Part shown: piece by piece, positions 1 through 12,212 of the stretch
Numbering within the stretch: the first letter of the stretch is position 1
Layout: every line of letters begins with the position of its first letter
Notes under the pieces: model-generated
The model's database searches: none
Told to the model about the DNA's origin: nothing
What the model saw: the letters and a program-made list of their open reading frames with translations, nothing else
Assembly (NCBI RefSeq): GCF_009914755.1
Contig: NC_060928.1
Direction: 5' to 3' (one strand)
Length of the DNA stretch: 64,000 nucleotides
Origin: the human T2T-CHM13v2.0 reference genome, Homo sapiens
Program-made: the position numbers and the translations under genes

Positions 1-398
1 TATTTTTTATATGCATCTTGGTATCTGAAAGAGGTCCACGTCCAGATCACTGTTGCAGGTTAGGTTCTTTGGAACACACTGAGACCCAGTATCATTGGAC
101 ATGTAAGAAAGCTGATGAGAAGGCTCAGATGATCCCTCCTGTGGCACATATAGGTAGTTCAAGCTATACAGGAGAACCTCTATTCCAGCTATACCCATTA
201 ACCACCATAAAACCCTAACAGCCTGCTTATCCTGCTCTCTTAAGCCATTTTGAATTATGCTCTGTTCTTCCTAGAAAGCGTCATTATCATTAACCTCTTC
301 ACACCCTCCAGGTGCATGAGTGCTATCATTGGTCTCAAAATCCAAACCAAATATGGTGAGTGGGGGGCTCCTCCTTCATCTACAGTGTGACTACAACA
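1..398 (+). mobile_element. Old LTR fragment (ERVL, MER54-like), 3' part
   Basis: Run CCTGCTCTCTTAAGCCATTTT...TCCAAACCAAA...GTGACTACAACA ends in an LTR-type CA terminus; family recalled from consensus. Confidence 0.45.
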
Positions 399-965
399 AT
401 CTAATGAAAACATTGACAAAATATTTAAACAGACACATCACAAAAAAAATGGCCAATAAACACATGTAAAAGTTTTCAACATCCTCAGTTATCAAGGAAA
501 CGTAAATTTAAAACCACTATATGATAACCCCACATACCCAACTGAATAGCTAAAATAAAAAAAAAAGAGCAAAAATTCAGGAGGCAGTAGGACAACTAAA
601 ACACTCACATATTGCTAGCAGGAGTTAAAATGTTATTACCACTTTGGATATCTGTTGGGTAATTTCTTATAAAGTTTGTCATACATATGTTCTATGACCA
701 GAAATTTAACTATGAAGTATTTACACAAGATCATTGGAAACATAAGATCACAAAAATATTCGTACGTGAATATGTTACAGCTGCTTTATTCATAACAGCC
801 CCGAATTAGAAACAAGCCAATTTGTTTTGCCTACTGGAAAAAATATAAATTGTTTTCTAGTAAGACAATTAAATATTATTCATCAGTAAGTATGAGCAAC
901 TGTTAAAACATGCAACAACAGAGATGAATCTGAAAAACATTATGTAAAGTAAAAGAAGTAAGACA
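399..965 (+). mobile_element. Old L1M fragment (ORF2 3' end / 3'UTR)
   Basis: Degenerate L1 motifs ATGGCCAATAAACACATG, AAAACCACTAT, GCTTTATTCATAACAGCC, CATGCAACAACAGAGATGAATC. Confidence 0.8.
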
Positions 966-982
966 AAAACAAGTATGAAAAT

Positions 983-1358
983 CCACTGCTCAGCTTAGCT
1001 ACCGCAGAAAACAGTACAGCCTCAGATACTGCCCTTTTGGTTCCACACCATATCTGTACCAAGACAATGAATGCTTCCATGGACTGCTTCCAACCCTGAC
1101 TAAGCATGGTAAGGTACTCATGCTGGCCCATTTCTGCAAGACACAGGAGTCCTCTAATGAGTCACTTTGCCTTGGGGAAATTTAATGTGCTTAGCTCTAT
1201 TTTTTTCTTGGAATATTTGCAAATGTACTGTAGTAGGAGACTCTCTCTACCCAATATTTCTTTTTTTCTCTTCCTCTTCACATTTGTCATACCTGCATTA
1301 CAGTCTGAAGGCTTTCCATGTCTTCTCTGCATCATTCTCAATAAATTGTTTGCCATGT
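983..1358 (+). mobile_element. LTR16-like (LTR16C) ERVL LTR fragment
   Basis: GGCCCATTTCTGCAAGACACAGGAGTCCTCT, ACCTGCATTACAGTCTGAAGGCT and AATAAA at ~1340 resemble LTR16C. Confidence 0.6.
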
Positions 1359-1765
1359 GTTAGAATGGCTTTTATCAAAAAGATGTAAGTGTTAGAGAGG
1401 ATGTGGGGAAGAGGAAACACATGAACACTGTTGATGGAAATATAAATTAGCACAGCCATTATGGTAAACGGAATGGAGTTTCCTCTAAAAATTAGAAATA
1501 GGGTTGACATATGATCCAATAATCCCACTACTAGGTATAGATCCAAAGGAAATAAAGTCAATATGTTGAAGAGATATCTGCACTCTCATGTTCATAGCAG
1601 CACTATGCACAATAACCAAGATATGGAATCAACCTAACTGTATATCAACAGATGAATGGACTAAAAAAATGAGCTACATATACACAGTAGAGTACTATTC
1701 AGCCATAAAAAAGAAAATTCTGTCATTTGTGACAAGATGAATCATGAATAAGTCTGGAGAGCATT
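1359..1765 (+). mobile_element. L1MA-type ORF2 3' end fragment
   Basis: GTTAGAATGGCT..., ATATGATCCAATAATCCCACTACTAGG, GAAGAGATATCTGCACTCTCATGTTCATAGCAGCAC. Confidence 0.85.
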
Positions 1766-1809
1766 TTGCATTTCCTAGAACACAAAGTACCAACTAGCTA
1801 TCACATTTG

Positions 1810-3212
1810 TCTATCTAATACTTTGGACTTTATCTAAAGTAAAAATTTCTGCTCATAAACAACTCTGTGAAAAAATGAAAAGGTAAATATAACAGTAAGA
1901 GAATGTATACAAAATACCTATATCTGATAAAAAAAAACTCATATCCCAAATATATAAAGGATCCCTATAGATAATCACACAAATATAAACAAACCATTTG
2001 AATAAAGGTAAAAATGAAACTTCACAAAGTTCAAAAAAGAAAAACATGAAAGTTACTTAACGAAAATTGACTCAACATCATTAATGTTCAGGAAATTGCA
2101 ATTTAAAACTGCAATGAGATACCACTCTATACACATCGAATGGTTAAAATTTAAAAAGCCAGAAACACCAAATGTGGAGAGGATGTGGAATAACTGGAAC
2201 TCATACATTGCTGATAGGTATTAAAAAGATTATAGCCATTTTGGGAAATGGTGTGGCAGTTTCTTTTTACATAATTTATATGTCTAGCCTATAATCCAGC
2301 AATTTTACCTCAAGTTATTTACTTCTATCACCCCACAAAATACAAACATATATCTTAGATAAGACTTAAATAAGAATGTTCATGGAAAGTATATTAGTCC
2401 TTTTTCACACTGCTATAAAGATACTACCTGATACTGGGTAATTTATTAGCAAAAGAGTTTCAATTGACTCACAGTTCCACATGGCTGGAGAGGCCTCAGG
2501 AACCTTAAAATTATGGCAGAAGGCAAAGAGCAAGCAAGGCACATCTAAATATGGTGGCAGGAGAGACAGAGAGCACAGGGGAAACTGCCACTTTTAAAAC
2601 CATCAGATTTCATGAGAACTCACTCACTATCATAAGAACAGCATGGGAGAAACCATCCCCACGATCCAATCACCTTCCACTCAGTCCCTCCCTTGACACC
2701 TGGGGATTACAGCTCCAGATGAGATTTGGATGGGGACACACAGTCAAACCATATCAGAAGAATTATTCACAAATAGCCCAGACTGAAAACAACCTAAATG
2801 CTCATTAACAGAACATATAAACTAATTTTAATACATGTAAATAATGATATGTTACTTAGCGATTCTAAAGAGTAAACTATTGATGAAAGCAACAAAATAA
2901 ATGATCTCAAAAATACTGCTAAAATTTAAAAGCCAGGCAAAAAAAATATATGTATATATAAACTGAATGATCACATTCATATAGAATTCAAGAGTAGGTA
3001 AACTAGTCTATGATGATCAAGATCCAGACAATAATTGCCTTGGGGTACAGGAGTACCTGATAAAGGAACAGGAGAAAACATTCTGAGGTGATAGTTATAT
3101 TCTTTATCTTAACTAGTGTGGTCGTTACATGAATGCATACATTTGTCAAGACTCATCAAAGTGTATGCTTAAGATCTGTGCATTTTCTTACATGTAAATT
3201 ATACTTCAGTTA
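1810..3212 (+). mobile_element. Old L1M (MD/ME-type) 3' end, interrupted by a MaLR LTR
   Basis: AAAACTGCAATGAGATACCACT, GGAACTCATACATTGCTG, 3'UTR CATTTGTCAAGACTCATCAAAGTGTATGCTTAAGATCTGTGCATTTT; continuous across 2390-2756. Confidence 0.8.
2390..2756 (-). mobile_element. MaLR solo LTR (THE1D/MSTA-like)
   Basis: TATTAGTCC...ACACTGCTATAAAG...ATTGACTCACAGTTCCACATGGCTGG...GAGATTTGGATGGGGACACACAGTCAAACCATATCA, ~365 bp. Confidence 0.9.
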
Positions 3213-4009
3213 TTGTCTCCAAACTAAGTATCAAAACAAAAACTAGAAAATTGCATGTGTAAAATACAATTAAATTAATAGAAGGAAGAAGAAGGAGAAA
3301 AATAAAGAATGTAAAGGTTTAAGATAAAGGAGAAAAAAATGAAAACCAAGAGGTTTGATGGAAAATGGAGGAAATTATGGAGTAATAATCACATTATAAT
3401 AATACAGAAAAGGATATTGGAAAAGAGAAATGGAAAAAAAATTCCGATGATAAAGGATAAATGAAGGTTTCAACCCAAAGGTTTGAAAAAATGATAATTT
3501 TATTTACTCTCAAGAGAGAACCATGAATGCTAGGAGAAAATTAATGCCCTGCTGAGTGACCATTTTATCCCATCTATAGATCACAGCATGTATATTATTC
3601 TTTCCTCCTGGGACTTTTAAAAACCTGTTTGCCTTCTATTTCTTACATAATCTGAGTCCTAAAGCACAAATACAAATGCATTGCAGTGTAATTTAAACTA
3701 TAGTTCTATAAAGACTCCCAATACAGATAAAATGTTTTTCCAGCCTTTAACCCTTGTATAGATCTTAAATCTATTAAATAGAGGCAAGCAATACCTTAAG
3801 TAGAAAAGAAGAATAAAAAAGGTATTGGTGTTTATAGGAAATTTATTCTGCAAAAATAAAAATCTTTTAGGCAATTTACATGAGCTAACTCAGTTAACCC
3901 TTTTGATGTTCATAGAAGTTTCTTGATAGAAAAAACCTCTCTATTGAACATGCATTACTAATTGGAATCACTGACTCACAAGAATAGATTATAAAATAGG
4001 CATTTTATA

Positions 4010-4129
4010 AACCGGTTTATAGCTTGAAATTGGCCACGTGGGGAGTATTCACACCGGAAGAATCAGTACACACTACAAATTGTGAATTTTGGTTTTCTCC
4101 TCAGAGAGCTGGTTTACCAGCACAGCACT
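4010..4129. mobile_element. hAT-Blackjack DNA transposon fragment (MER63-like)
   Basis: TTGAAATTGGCCACGTGGGGAGTATTCACACC and terminal TTTACCAGCACAGCACTG. Confidence 0.55.
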
Positions 4130-4411
4130 GTTTATATTCTTGTTCTTTGTAAAAAATTAATTTTATTAAATTAATATGTGTCTTCCCCCATTAAATTGCT
4201 CTCTCCATGATAAATATGGCCTATATTTTATTTTATTTTGCACTTTATTTTGAGACACAGTGCATAGCAATGAAAGCACAGGCTTGAATAGTACATTTTT
4301 CTAATTTACTGTTAAAGATATTAAAGCACATGGGTTACATAACTTATCAAAGTTCACACAGCAAGGAAGTAATAGAGCCATAAGGCAAATTTATCTTACT
4401 GGAAAACTCTA

Positions 4412-4793
4412 TAAGCCATCATATCCCCTGTGACCTGCAGGTACACATCCAGATGGCTGGTTCCTGCCTTAAATGATGACATTCCACCACAAAAGAAGTG
4501 AAAATGGTCAGTTCCTGCCTTAACTGATGACATTATCTTGTGAAATTCCTTCCCCTGGCTCATCCTGGCTCAAAAGCTCCCCTACTGAGCAACTTGTGAC
4601 CCCCCCACTCCTGCCCACCAGAGAACAACACCCCTTTTTCCTTTACCGACCCAAATCCTATAAAACGGCCCCACCCCATCTCCCTTCGCTGACTCTCTTT
4701 TCAGACTCAGCCTGCCTGCACCCTGGTGATTAAAAAACTTTATTGTTCACACAAAGCCTGTTTGGCAATCTCTTCATACAGATACGAGTGAAA
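4412..4793 (+). promoter_or_regulatory. HERV-H 5' LTR (LTR7), first 22 nt missing
   Basis: Aligns to the 3' LTR from TAAGCCATCATATCCCC; TATA box CCTATAAAA at ~4657-4665; ends GTGAAA. Confidence 0.95.
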
Positions 4794-4795
4794 TT

Positions 4796-4813
4796 TGGTG
4801 CTGTGACTCGGAT
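4796..4813 (+). other. Primer binding site for tRNA-His
   Basis: TGGTGCTGTGACTCGGAT versus canonical TGGTGCCGTGACTCGGAT (one CpG-type change), 2 nt after the LTR. Confidence 0.93.
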
Positions 4814-5334
4814 TGGGGGACCTCCCTTGGGAGATCAATCCCTGTCCTCCTGCTCTTTGCTCCTTGAGAAAGATCCACCTACAACCTCAGGTCCTCAGAC
4901 TGACCAGCCCAAGAAACACCTCACCAATTTCAAATCTGGTAATCGGCCTCTTTTTACTCTCTTCTCCAACCTCCCTCACTATCCCTCAAACTCTTTCACC
5001 TTTCAATCTTGGTGTCACACTTCAATCTCTCCCTTCTCTTCATTTCAATTCCTTTCATTTTCTGGTAGAGACAAAGGAGACGCGTTTTATCCATGGACCC
5101 AAAACTCTGGCGCCGGTCACGGACTGAGAAGGCAGCCTTCCCTTGGTGTTTAATCACTGCAGGGACGCCTCTCTATACACCCACGTTTCAGAGGTGTCAG
5201 ACCATGCAGGGATGCCTGGCTTGGTCCTTCACCCTTAGTGGCAAGTCCCACTTTTCTGGGAGAGGGGCAAGAACCCCTCAACCCCTTCTCCTTCACCCTT
5301 AGCAGCAAGTCCTGCTTTTCTAGGGGGCAATAAC

Positions 5335-5450
5335 CCCCAATCCCTTATTTCCGCGCCCTGACCTCTTATCTCTGTGCCTCGATCCCTTATTTCTGCACCC
5401 CAACCTCCTATCTCTGCACCCCAAACCCTTATTTCTGTGCTCCGACCCCT
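5335..5450 (+). repeat. ~21-bp degenerate tandem repeat in the HERV-H leader
   Basis: About five units of CCCTTAT(T/C)TCTG(C/T)(G/A)CCCC. Confidence 0.8.
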
Positions 5451-5529
5451 TCTCTGCTTTTCTGGAGGGCAAGAACGCCACACCCCTTCTCTGTGTCTCT
5501 ACTCTCTTTTCTCTGGGCTTGCCTCCTTC

Positions 5530-6765
5530 ACTATGGGCAAGCTTCCACCTTCCATTCCTCTTTCTTCTCCCTTAGCCTGTGCTTTCAAGAACTTAAAACC
5601 TCTTCAACTCTCACCTGACCTAAAATCTAAGCATCTTATTTTCTTCTGCAATGCCACTTCACCCCAATACAAACTCGACAGTAGTTCCAAATAGCCAGAA
5701 AACAGCACTTTCAATTTTTCCATCCTACGAGATCTAAATAATTCTTGTCGTAAAATAGGCAAACACTCTGAGATGCCTGACGTCCAGGCATTCTTTTACA
5801 CATTGGTCCCTCCCTAGTCTCTGTTCCCAATGCAACTCATCCCAAATCTTCCTTCTTTCCCTCCCATCTGTCCCCTCAGTCCCGACCCCAAGTGTTGCTG
5901 ACTCTTTCTAATCTTCCTTTTCTACAAACCCATCTGACCTCTCCTCTGCTCGCCAGGCTGTGCTAGGTCCCAATTCTTCCTCAGCCTCTGCTCCTCCACC
6001 CTATAATCCTTTTATCACCTCCCCTCCTCACACCCAGTCCGGCTTACAGTTTGGTTCCATGACTAGCCCTGCCCCATCTGCCCAGCAATTTACTCTTAAA
6101 AAGGTGGCTGGAGCTAAAGGCATAGTCAAGGTTAATGCTCCTTTTTCTTTATCCCAAATCAGATAGCGTTCAGCCTCTTTTTCATCAAATATAAAAATTC
6201 AGCCCAGTTCATGGCTCATTTGGCAGCAACCCTGAGATGCTTTACAACCCTAGACCCTAAAAGGTCAAAAGGCCGTCTATTCTCAATATACATTTTATTA
6301 CCCTATCTGCTCCCAAAATTAAATAAAACTCCAAAAATTAAATTCCGGCCCTCAAACCCCACAACAGGACTTAACCTCACCTTCAAGGTGTGTAATAATA
6401 GAGTAGAGGCAGCCAAGTAGCAACATATTTCTGAGTTGCAATTCCTTGCCTCCACTGTGAGACAAACCCCAGCCACATCTCCAGCACACGAGAACTTCCA
6501 AATGCCTAAACCGCAGTGGCCAGGCATTCCTCCAGAACCATCTCCCCCAGGAGCTTGCTACAAGTGCCAGAAATCTGGCCAGCAGGCCAAGGAATGCCTG
6601 CAGCCCAGGATTCCTCCTAAGTCGTGTTCCATCTGTGCAGGACCCCACTGGAAATCAGACTGTTCAACTCAGCTGGCAGCCACTCCCAGAGCCCCTGGAA
6701 CTCTGGCCCGAGGCTCTCTGACTGACTCCTTCCCAGATCTTCTTGGCTTAGTGGCTGAAGACTGA
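5530..6765 (+). pseudogene. gag: HERV-H gag remnant
   Basis: PPPY motif in ORF 5960-6166; zinc knuckles CYKCQKSGQQAKEC and CSICAGPHWKSDC in ORF 6436-6765; multiple stops and frameshifts. Confidence 0.88.
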
Positions 6766-6819
6766 CGCTGACCAATTGCCTCGGAAGCCCCGTAGACCAT
6801 CACGGACGCCAACCTTTAG

Positions 6820-7191
6820 GTAACTCTCACAGTGGACGGTGAGTCTGTCCCCTTCTTAATCAATACAGAGGCTACCCACTCCACATTACCTTCTTTTCCA
6901 GAGCCTGTTTCCCTTGCCTCCATAACTGTTGTGGGTATTGACAGCCAGCCTTCTAAACCTCTTAAAAGTCCCCAACTCTGGTGCCAACTTAGACAATACT
7001 CTTTTAAGCACTCCTTTTTAGTTATCCCCACCTGCCCAGTTCCCTTATTAGGCCGAGACACTTTAACTAAATTATCTGCTTCCCTGACTATTCCTGGACT
7101 ACAGCTGTATCTCACTGCCACCCTTCTTCCCAATCCAAAGCCTCCTTTGCGTCCTCCTCTTGTATCCCCTGACCTTAACCCACAAGTATAA
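6820..7191 (+). pseudogene. pro: HERV-H protease remnant (inactive)
   Basis: FLINTEATHS (the DTGA active site reads NTEA) and PVPLLGRD. Confidence 0.88.
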
Positions 7192-9180
7192 GATACCTCT
7201 ACTCCCTCCTTGGTGACCTATCATGCACCCCTTACCATCTCATTAAAACCTAATCACCCTTACCCCACTCAATGCCAATATCCCATCCCACAGCATGCTT
7301 CGAAAGGATTAAAGCCTGTTATCACTGGCCTGCTACAGCATGGCCTTTTAAAGCCTATAAACTCTCCTTACAATTCCCCCATTATACCTGTCCTAAAACC
7401 AGACAAGCCTTACAAGTTAGTTCAGGATCTGCGCATTATCAACCAAATTGTTTTGCCTATCCACCCCATGGTGCCAAACCCATATACTCTCCTATCCTCA
7501 ATACCTCCCTCCACAATCCATTATTCTGTTCTGGATCTCAAACATTCTTTCTTTACTATTCCTTTGCACCCTTCATCCCAGCCTCTCTTTGCTTTCACTT
7601 GGACTGACCCTGACACCCATCAGGCTCAGCAAATTACCTAGGCTGTACTGCCGCAAAGCTTCACAGACAGCCCCCATTACTTCAGTCAAGCCCAAATTTC
7701 ATCTTCCTCTGTTACCTATCTCAGCATAATTCTCATAAAAACACACGTGCTCTCCCTGCTGATCGTGTCCAACTAATCTCTCAAACCCCAACCCCTTCTA
7801 CAAAACAACAACTCCTTTCCTTCCTGGGCATGGTTGGATACTTTCACCTTTGGATACCTGGTTTTGCCATCCTAACAAAACCATTATATAAACTCACAAA
7901 AGGAAACCCAGCTGAACCCATAGATCCTAAATCATTTCCCCATCCTCTTTCCATTCCTTGAAGACAGCTTTAGAGACTGCCCCCACCCTAGCTCTCCCTG
8001 ACTCATCCCAACCCTTTTCATTACACACAGCTGAAGTGCAGGGCTGTGCAGTTGGAATTCTTACACAAGAACCGGGATCACGTCCTGTAGCCTTTTTGTC
8101 TAAACAACTTGACCTTACTGTTTTAGGCTGGCCATCATGTCTCCGTGCAGTGGCTGCTGCCACTCTAATACTTTTAGAGGCCCTTATAATCACAAACTAT
8201 GCTCAACTCACTCTCTAGAGCTCTCATAATTTCCAAAGTCTGTTTTCTTCCTCACACCTGACACATATACTTTCTGCTCCCTGGCTCCTTCAGCTATACT
8301 CACTATTTGTTGAGTCTCCCACAATTACCATTGTTCCTGGCCTGGACTTCAATCCGGCCTCCCACATTATTCCTGATACCACACCTGACCCTCATGACTG
8401 CATCTCTCTGATCCACCTGACGTTCACCCCATTTCCCCACATTCTCTTCTTCCCTGTTTCTCACCCTGATCACACTTGATTTATTGATGGCAGTTCTACA
8501 AGACCTAATCACCACACAGCAGCAAAGGCAGGCTATGCTATAGTACAAGCCACTAGCCGGCCTCTTAGAACCTCTCATTTCCTTTCCATTGTAGAAATCT
8601 ATCCTCAAGGAAATAACTTCTCAGTGTTCCATCTGCTATTCTACTACTCCTCAGGGATTATTCAGGCCCCCTCCCTTCCCTACACATCAAGCTCAGGGAT
8701 TTGCCCCCTCCCAGGACTGGCAAATTAGCTTTACTCAACATGCCCTGAGTCAGGAAACTAAAATACCTCTTGGTCTCAGTAGACACTTTCACTGGACAGG
8801 TAGAGGCCTTTCCCACAGGGTCTAAGAAGACCACCATGGTCATTTCTTCCCTTCTGTCAGACATAATTCCTCGGTTTGGCCTTCCCACCTCTATGAAGTC
8901 TGACAGCAGACCGGCCTTTATTAGTCAAATCAGCCAAGCATTTTTTCAGGCTCTTAGTGTTCAGTGAAACCTTTATATCCCTTACAGTTCTCAGTCTTCA
9001 GGAAAGGTAGAAAAGACTAATGGTCTTTTAAAAACACACCTCACCAAGCTCAGCCATCAACTTAAAAAGGACCGGACAATACTTTTACCACTTTCCCTTC
9101 TCAGAATTCAGGCCTGTCCTCAGAATGCTATAAGGTACAGCCCATTTGAGCTCCTATATAGACGCTCCTTTTTATTAAGC
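7192..9180 (+). pseudogene. pol: HERV-H pol remnant (RT, RNase H, integrase), disrupted
   Basis: SPYNSPIIPVLKPDKPYKLVQDLR, VLDLKHSFF, then LPQSFTDSPHYFSQA joined to QISS (YxDD segment deleted at ~7690); APTLALPD, PVAFLSKQLD; integrase VDTFTG..IIPRFGLP..SDSRPAF. Confidence 0.92.
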
Positions 9181-9802
9181 CCCAGTCTCATTCCAGACAC
9201 CAGACCAACTTAGACTGTGTCCCAAAAAACTTGTCATCCCTACTATCTTCCATCTAGTCATACACCTATTCACCATTCTCAACTATTCATACATGCCCTG
9301 CTCTTGTTTACACTGCAGGTTTACACTGTTTCTCCAAGCCATCATAGCTGATATCTCCTGGTGCTATCCCCAAACTGCCACTCTTAACTCTTAAAGTAAA
9401 CAAATAATCTTTGCTGGCAAGGCTATGCTGAACCTCCTTAGGCACTCTCTAATTAGATGTCCTAGGTCCTCCCAATTCTTAGTCCTTTAATAACCTGTTT
9501 TTCTCCTTCTCTTATTCCGTTTAGTTTTTCAATTCATACAAAACTGTATCCAGGCCATCACCAATAATTCTAAATGACAAATGTTTCTTCTAACAACCCC
9601 ACAGTATCACCCCTTACCACAAAATCTTCCTTCAGCTTAATCTCTCCCACTCTAGGTTCCCACGCTGCCCCTAATCCTGCTTGAAGCAGCCCTGAGAAAC
9701 ATCGCCCATTATCTCTCCATACCACCCCCCAAAAATGTTCACCATCCCAACACTTTACCACTATTTCATTTTATTTTACTTATTAATATAAGAAGACAGG
9801 AA

Positions 9803-10205
9803 TGTCAGGCTTCTGAGCCCAAGCTAAGCCATCATATCCCCTGTGACCTGCACGTACACATCCAGATGGCCAGTTCCTGCCTTAACTGATGACATTCCAC
9901 CACAAAAGAAGTGAAAATGGCCTGTTCCTGCCTTAACTGATGACATTATCTTGTGAAATTCCTTCTCCTGGCTCATCCTGGCTCAAAAGCTCCCCTACTG
10001 AGCACCTTGTGACCCCCACTTCTGCCCGCCAGAGAACACTTCTGCCCCCTTTTTCCTTTACCTACCCAAATCCTATAAAACAGCCCCACCCCTGTCTCCC
10101 TTCTCGCTCTTTTCGGACTCAGCCCGCCTGCATCCAGCTAATTAAAGAGCTTTATTGCTCACACAAAGCCTGTTTGGTGGTCTCTTCACACAGACACGAG
10201 TGAAA
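9803..10205 (+). promoter_or_regulatory. HERV-H 3' LTR (LTR7), complete
   Basis: TGTCAGGCTTCTGAGCCCAAGC...GTGAAA; TATA box ~10074; ATTAAA poly(A) signal at 10141-10146. Confidence 0.96.
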
Positions 10206-11800
10206 TACAAGATCCTTCCAAAAAGGTAGCTGTCAACAAATAGTTTAAACAAAGAAACAGATTCAAACATCTTATTTGATATAAGCATTTAAAGCAAATA
10301 ATATGCCATCTGGATAGTTTTAATCAATCCAGATGTAATATTAATGTCATTTTTATCATGAAGGTGTAAAATGGCTACTTTATATACCAATCAATAGTTA
10401 TAAAGAACTCCCGGATATATTGAATGATACTGAGATTTTATTTTTTAACAGCATAATGACTGAAAAGTTGGACTCTGGCCTCTAACTGAATTCCAATCCC
10501 AAGTGTGACTACTTCCCGGCTTTCTAGCCTATCTCAAGTTGAAAAAGTTATTCAATTTCTCTAAGCCTCAGTTTTCTCTTCTTGAAATCTCTAATAACGA
10601 AATAAGAAATTTTCATAAAGTACTTAGCCTGGACTAGAAAATGTAGAGTAAATAAATAGTAGAAGTTATTTTAAAATAGTAAATAAACTTTAATTATGAA
10701 TGCTTGTTTTAACGTAATATGCATCCACATAACTTGAAAAAATTAGCTTTTATGTCCTCAATTAGAGGTAAAGTGAACTATGTGGACATAACTTAAAAGG
10801 TTGCCATCTGATATAGGGGAGATGAATTTGGGGTGTACTTTGTTTTAATTAGCATGATTGAAGTGTCACCAGAAAGGCATTTTCTATGGAAAATGATGTA
10901 TAAAAAGAGAAAATGATATAGAAAAAGAGAAGGTCTTCTTGGACCTTAATGAACAGGGATGTGCATATATGTTTTTAGTACTTTGGTTTAGGTAGAATCT
11001 GCTGGACCCAAACGTCACAGCAACCTCAGGGGGTGCAGCTGCAATTGTTTATCAAGACAAAATATCCCTTGAGACCATCACTTTGCACTGTATAATCAAT
11101 AAATAGCTCTCTGATGATTCATTCGGCTTCCAAGATATCTCTTAATAGGAAAGCCTAACTAATGGCTCTCCCTGTAATGTTAGACTTTATCATAAATTAA
11201 AGTTTTCTTATATCAGTTCATTTATCAGTCTCTTCTGAATATGCATAGTTCCTGACTGAATATACATTGACAAAATAGCAAATTTCTAGACCTGCAAAGC
11301 GGAAAAATAGATTTACACAATAGATATTCATTTTGAGCAGTGCCTGTTTGAGGTCCCCTTGCCCCAGGAACCAGAAAGATTTCCTTCCAGAAATTTCTGT
11401 GTAGCAATATTTGTATGCACAAAGACTTAGAAATGTGAAAGGTGTAGATACATATAGACAATGATCATCATTATCTCCTTTGGTTCCCCCATCAAAAGTG
11501 TGAAGAAAATAGAAAATTACACTATTCCAAATTTACATTTGAAAAAACTAAGGGCCACAAAAAGGCAATGAGTTGCTCAAAGAACATGGCTAGTATGAGT
11601 TAAAGTCTTGACAGAAAACAAAGACTTTCTCTCCGGAGTTAAAGCTAAGCTCACAGCAGATACTACCTCTACAGATAACAAGAAGTAAAACAAAATAATG
11701 ATTCTTTGACTACTAATGAAGTTTCCTAAGCAAAGACCTAGAGAGATAAATAATATATCACAGTCCACTTTTTAATGGACTGGGATACACCCAACATGGG

Positions 11801-12212
11801 TGATATCGTTTGGATCTCTGTCCCCACCCAAATTTCATGTTCAATTATAACCCCCAATATTGGAGGTGGGAACTGGTGGGAGGTGATTAAATCATGGTGG
11901 CAGTTTCTCATGGTTAAGCACTCCCCCACCTTGATAATGTATACTGAGTGAGTTCCTATGAGACTGATTGTTTAAAAGTGTGTAGCATCTCCCTACTCTC
12001 TCTGTTCCTCTTGCTCCAATCATGTGAAGTGTTGGCTCCCCTTTTGCCTTCTGCCATAATTGTAAGCTTTCTGCAGCCTCCCCCAAAGCCAAGCAGATGC
12101 TGCCATGCTTTCTGTACAGCCTGTGGAAACATGAACTAATTCAACCTCTTTTCTATATAAATTACCCAGTCTCAAGCATTTCCTTATAGCACTGTGACAA
12201 TGGATTAATACA
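11801..12212 (+). mobile_element. MSTA-type MaLR solo LTR
   Basis: TGATATCGTTTGGATCTCTGTCCCCACCCAAAT...AATTACCCAGTCTCAAG...TAATACA. Confidence 0.9.

Larger units (their letters stand above)
4412..10205 (+). mobile_element. HERV-H provirus, common ~5.8 kb deleted form with two LTR7 LTRs
   Basis: Direct LTR repeats 4412-4793 and 9803-10205, tRNA-His PBS, gag/pro/pol remnants, PPT AAGAAGACAGGAA at 9790-9802, env largely absent. Confidence 0.97.

Noticed and set aside
5335-5450. Regularly spaced repeats resembling a CRISPR array (also 26720-26960 and 62127-62199)
   Set aside because: No unique spacers or cas genes, primate context; these are retroviral leader/LTR tandem repeats and a TA minisatellite.
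6436-8967. Functional HERV-H Gag/Pro/Pol proteins
   Set aside because: Fragmented by stops and frameshifts; protease DTG reads NTE; YxDD segment deleted as in the common defective HERV-H form.
11761-11782. CAGTCCA...TGGACTG inverted repeat
   Set aside because: A 7-bp stem is expected by chance in a window of this size.
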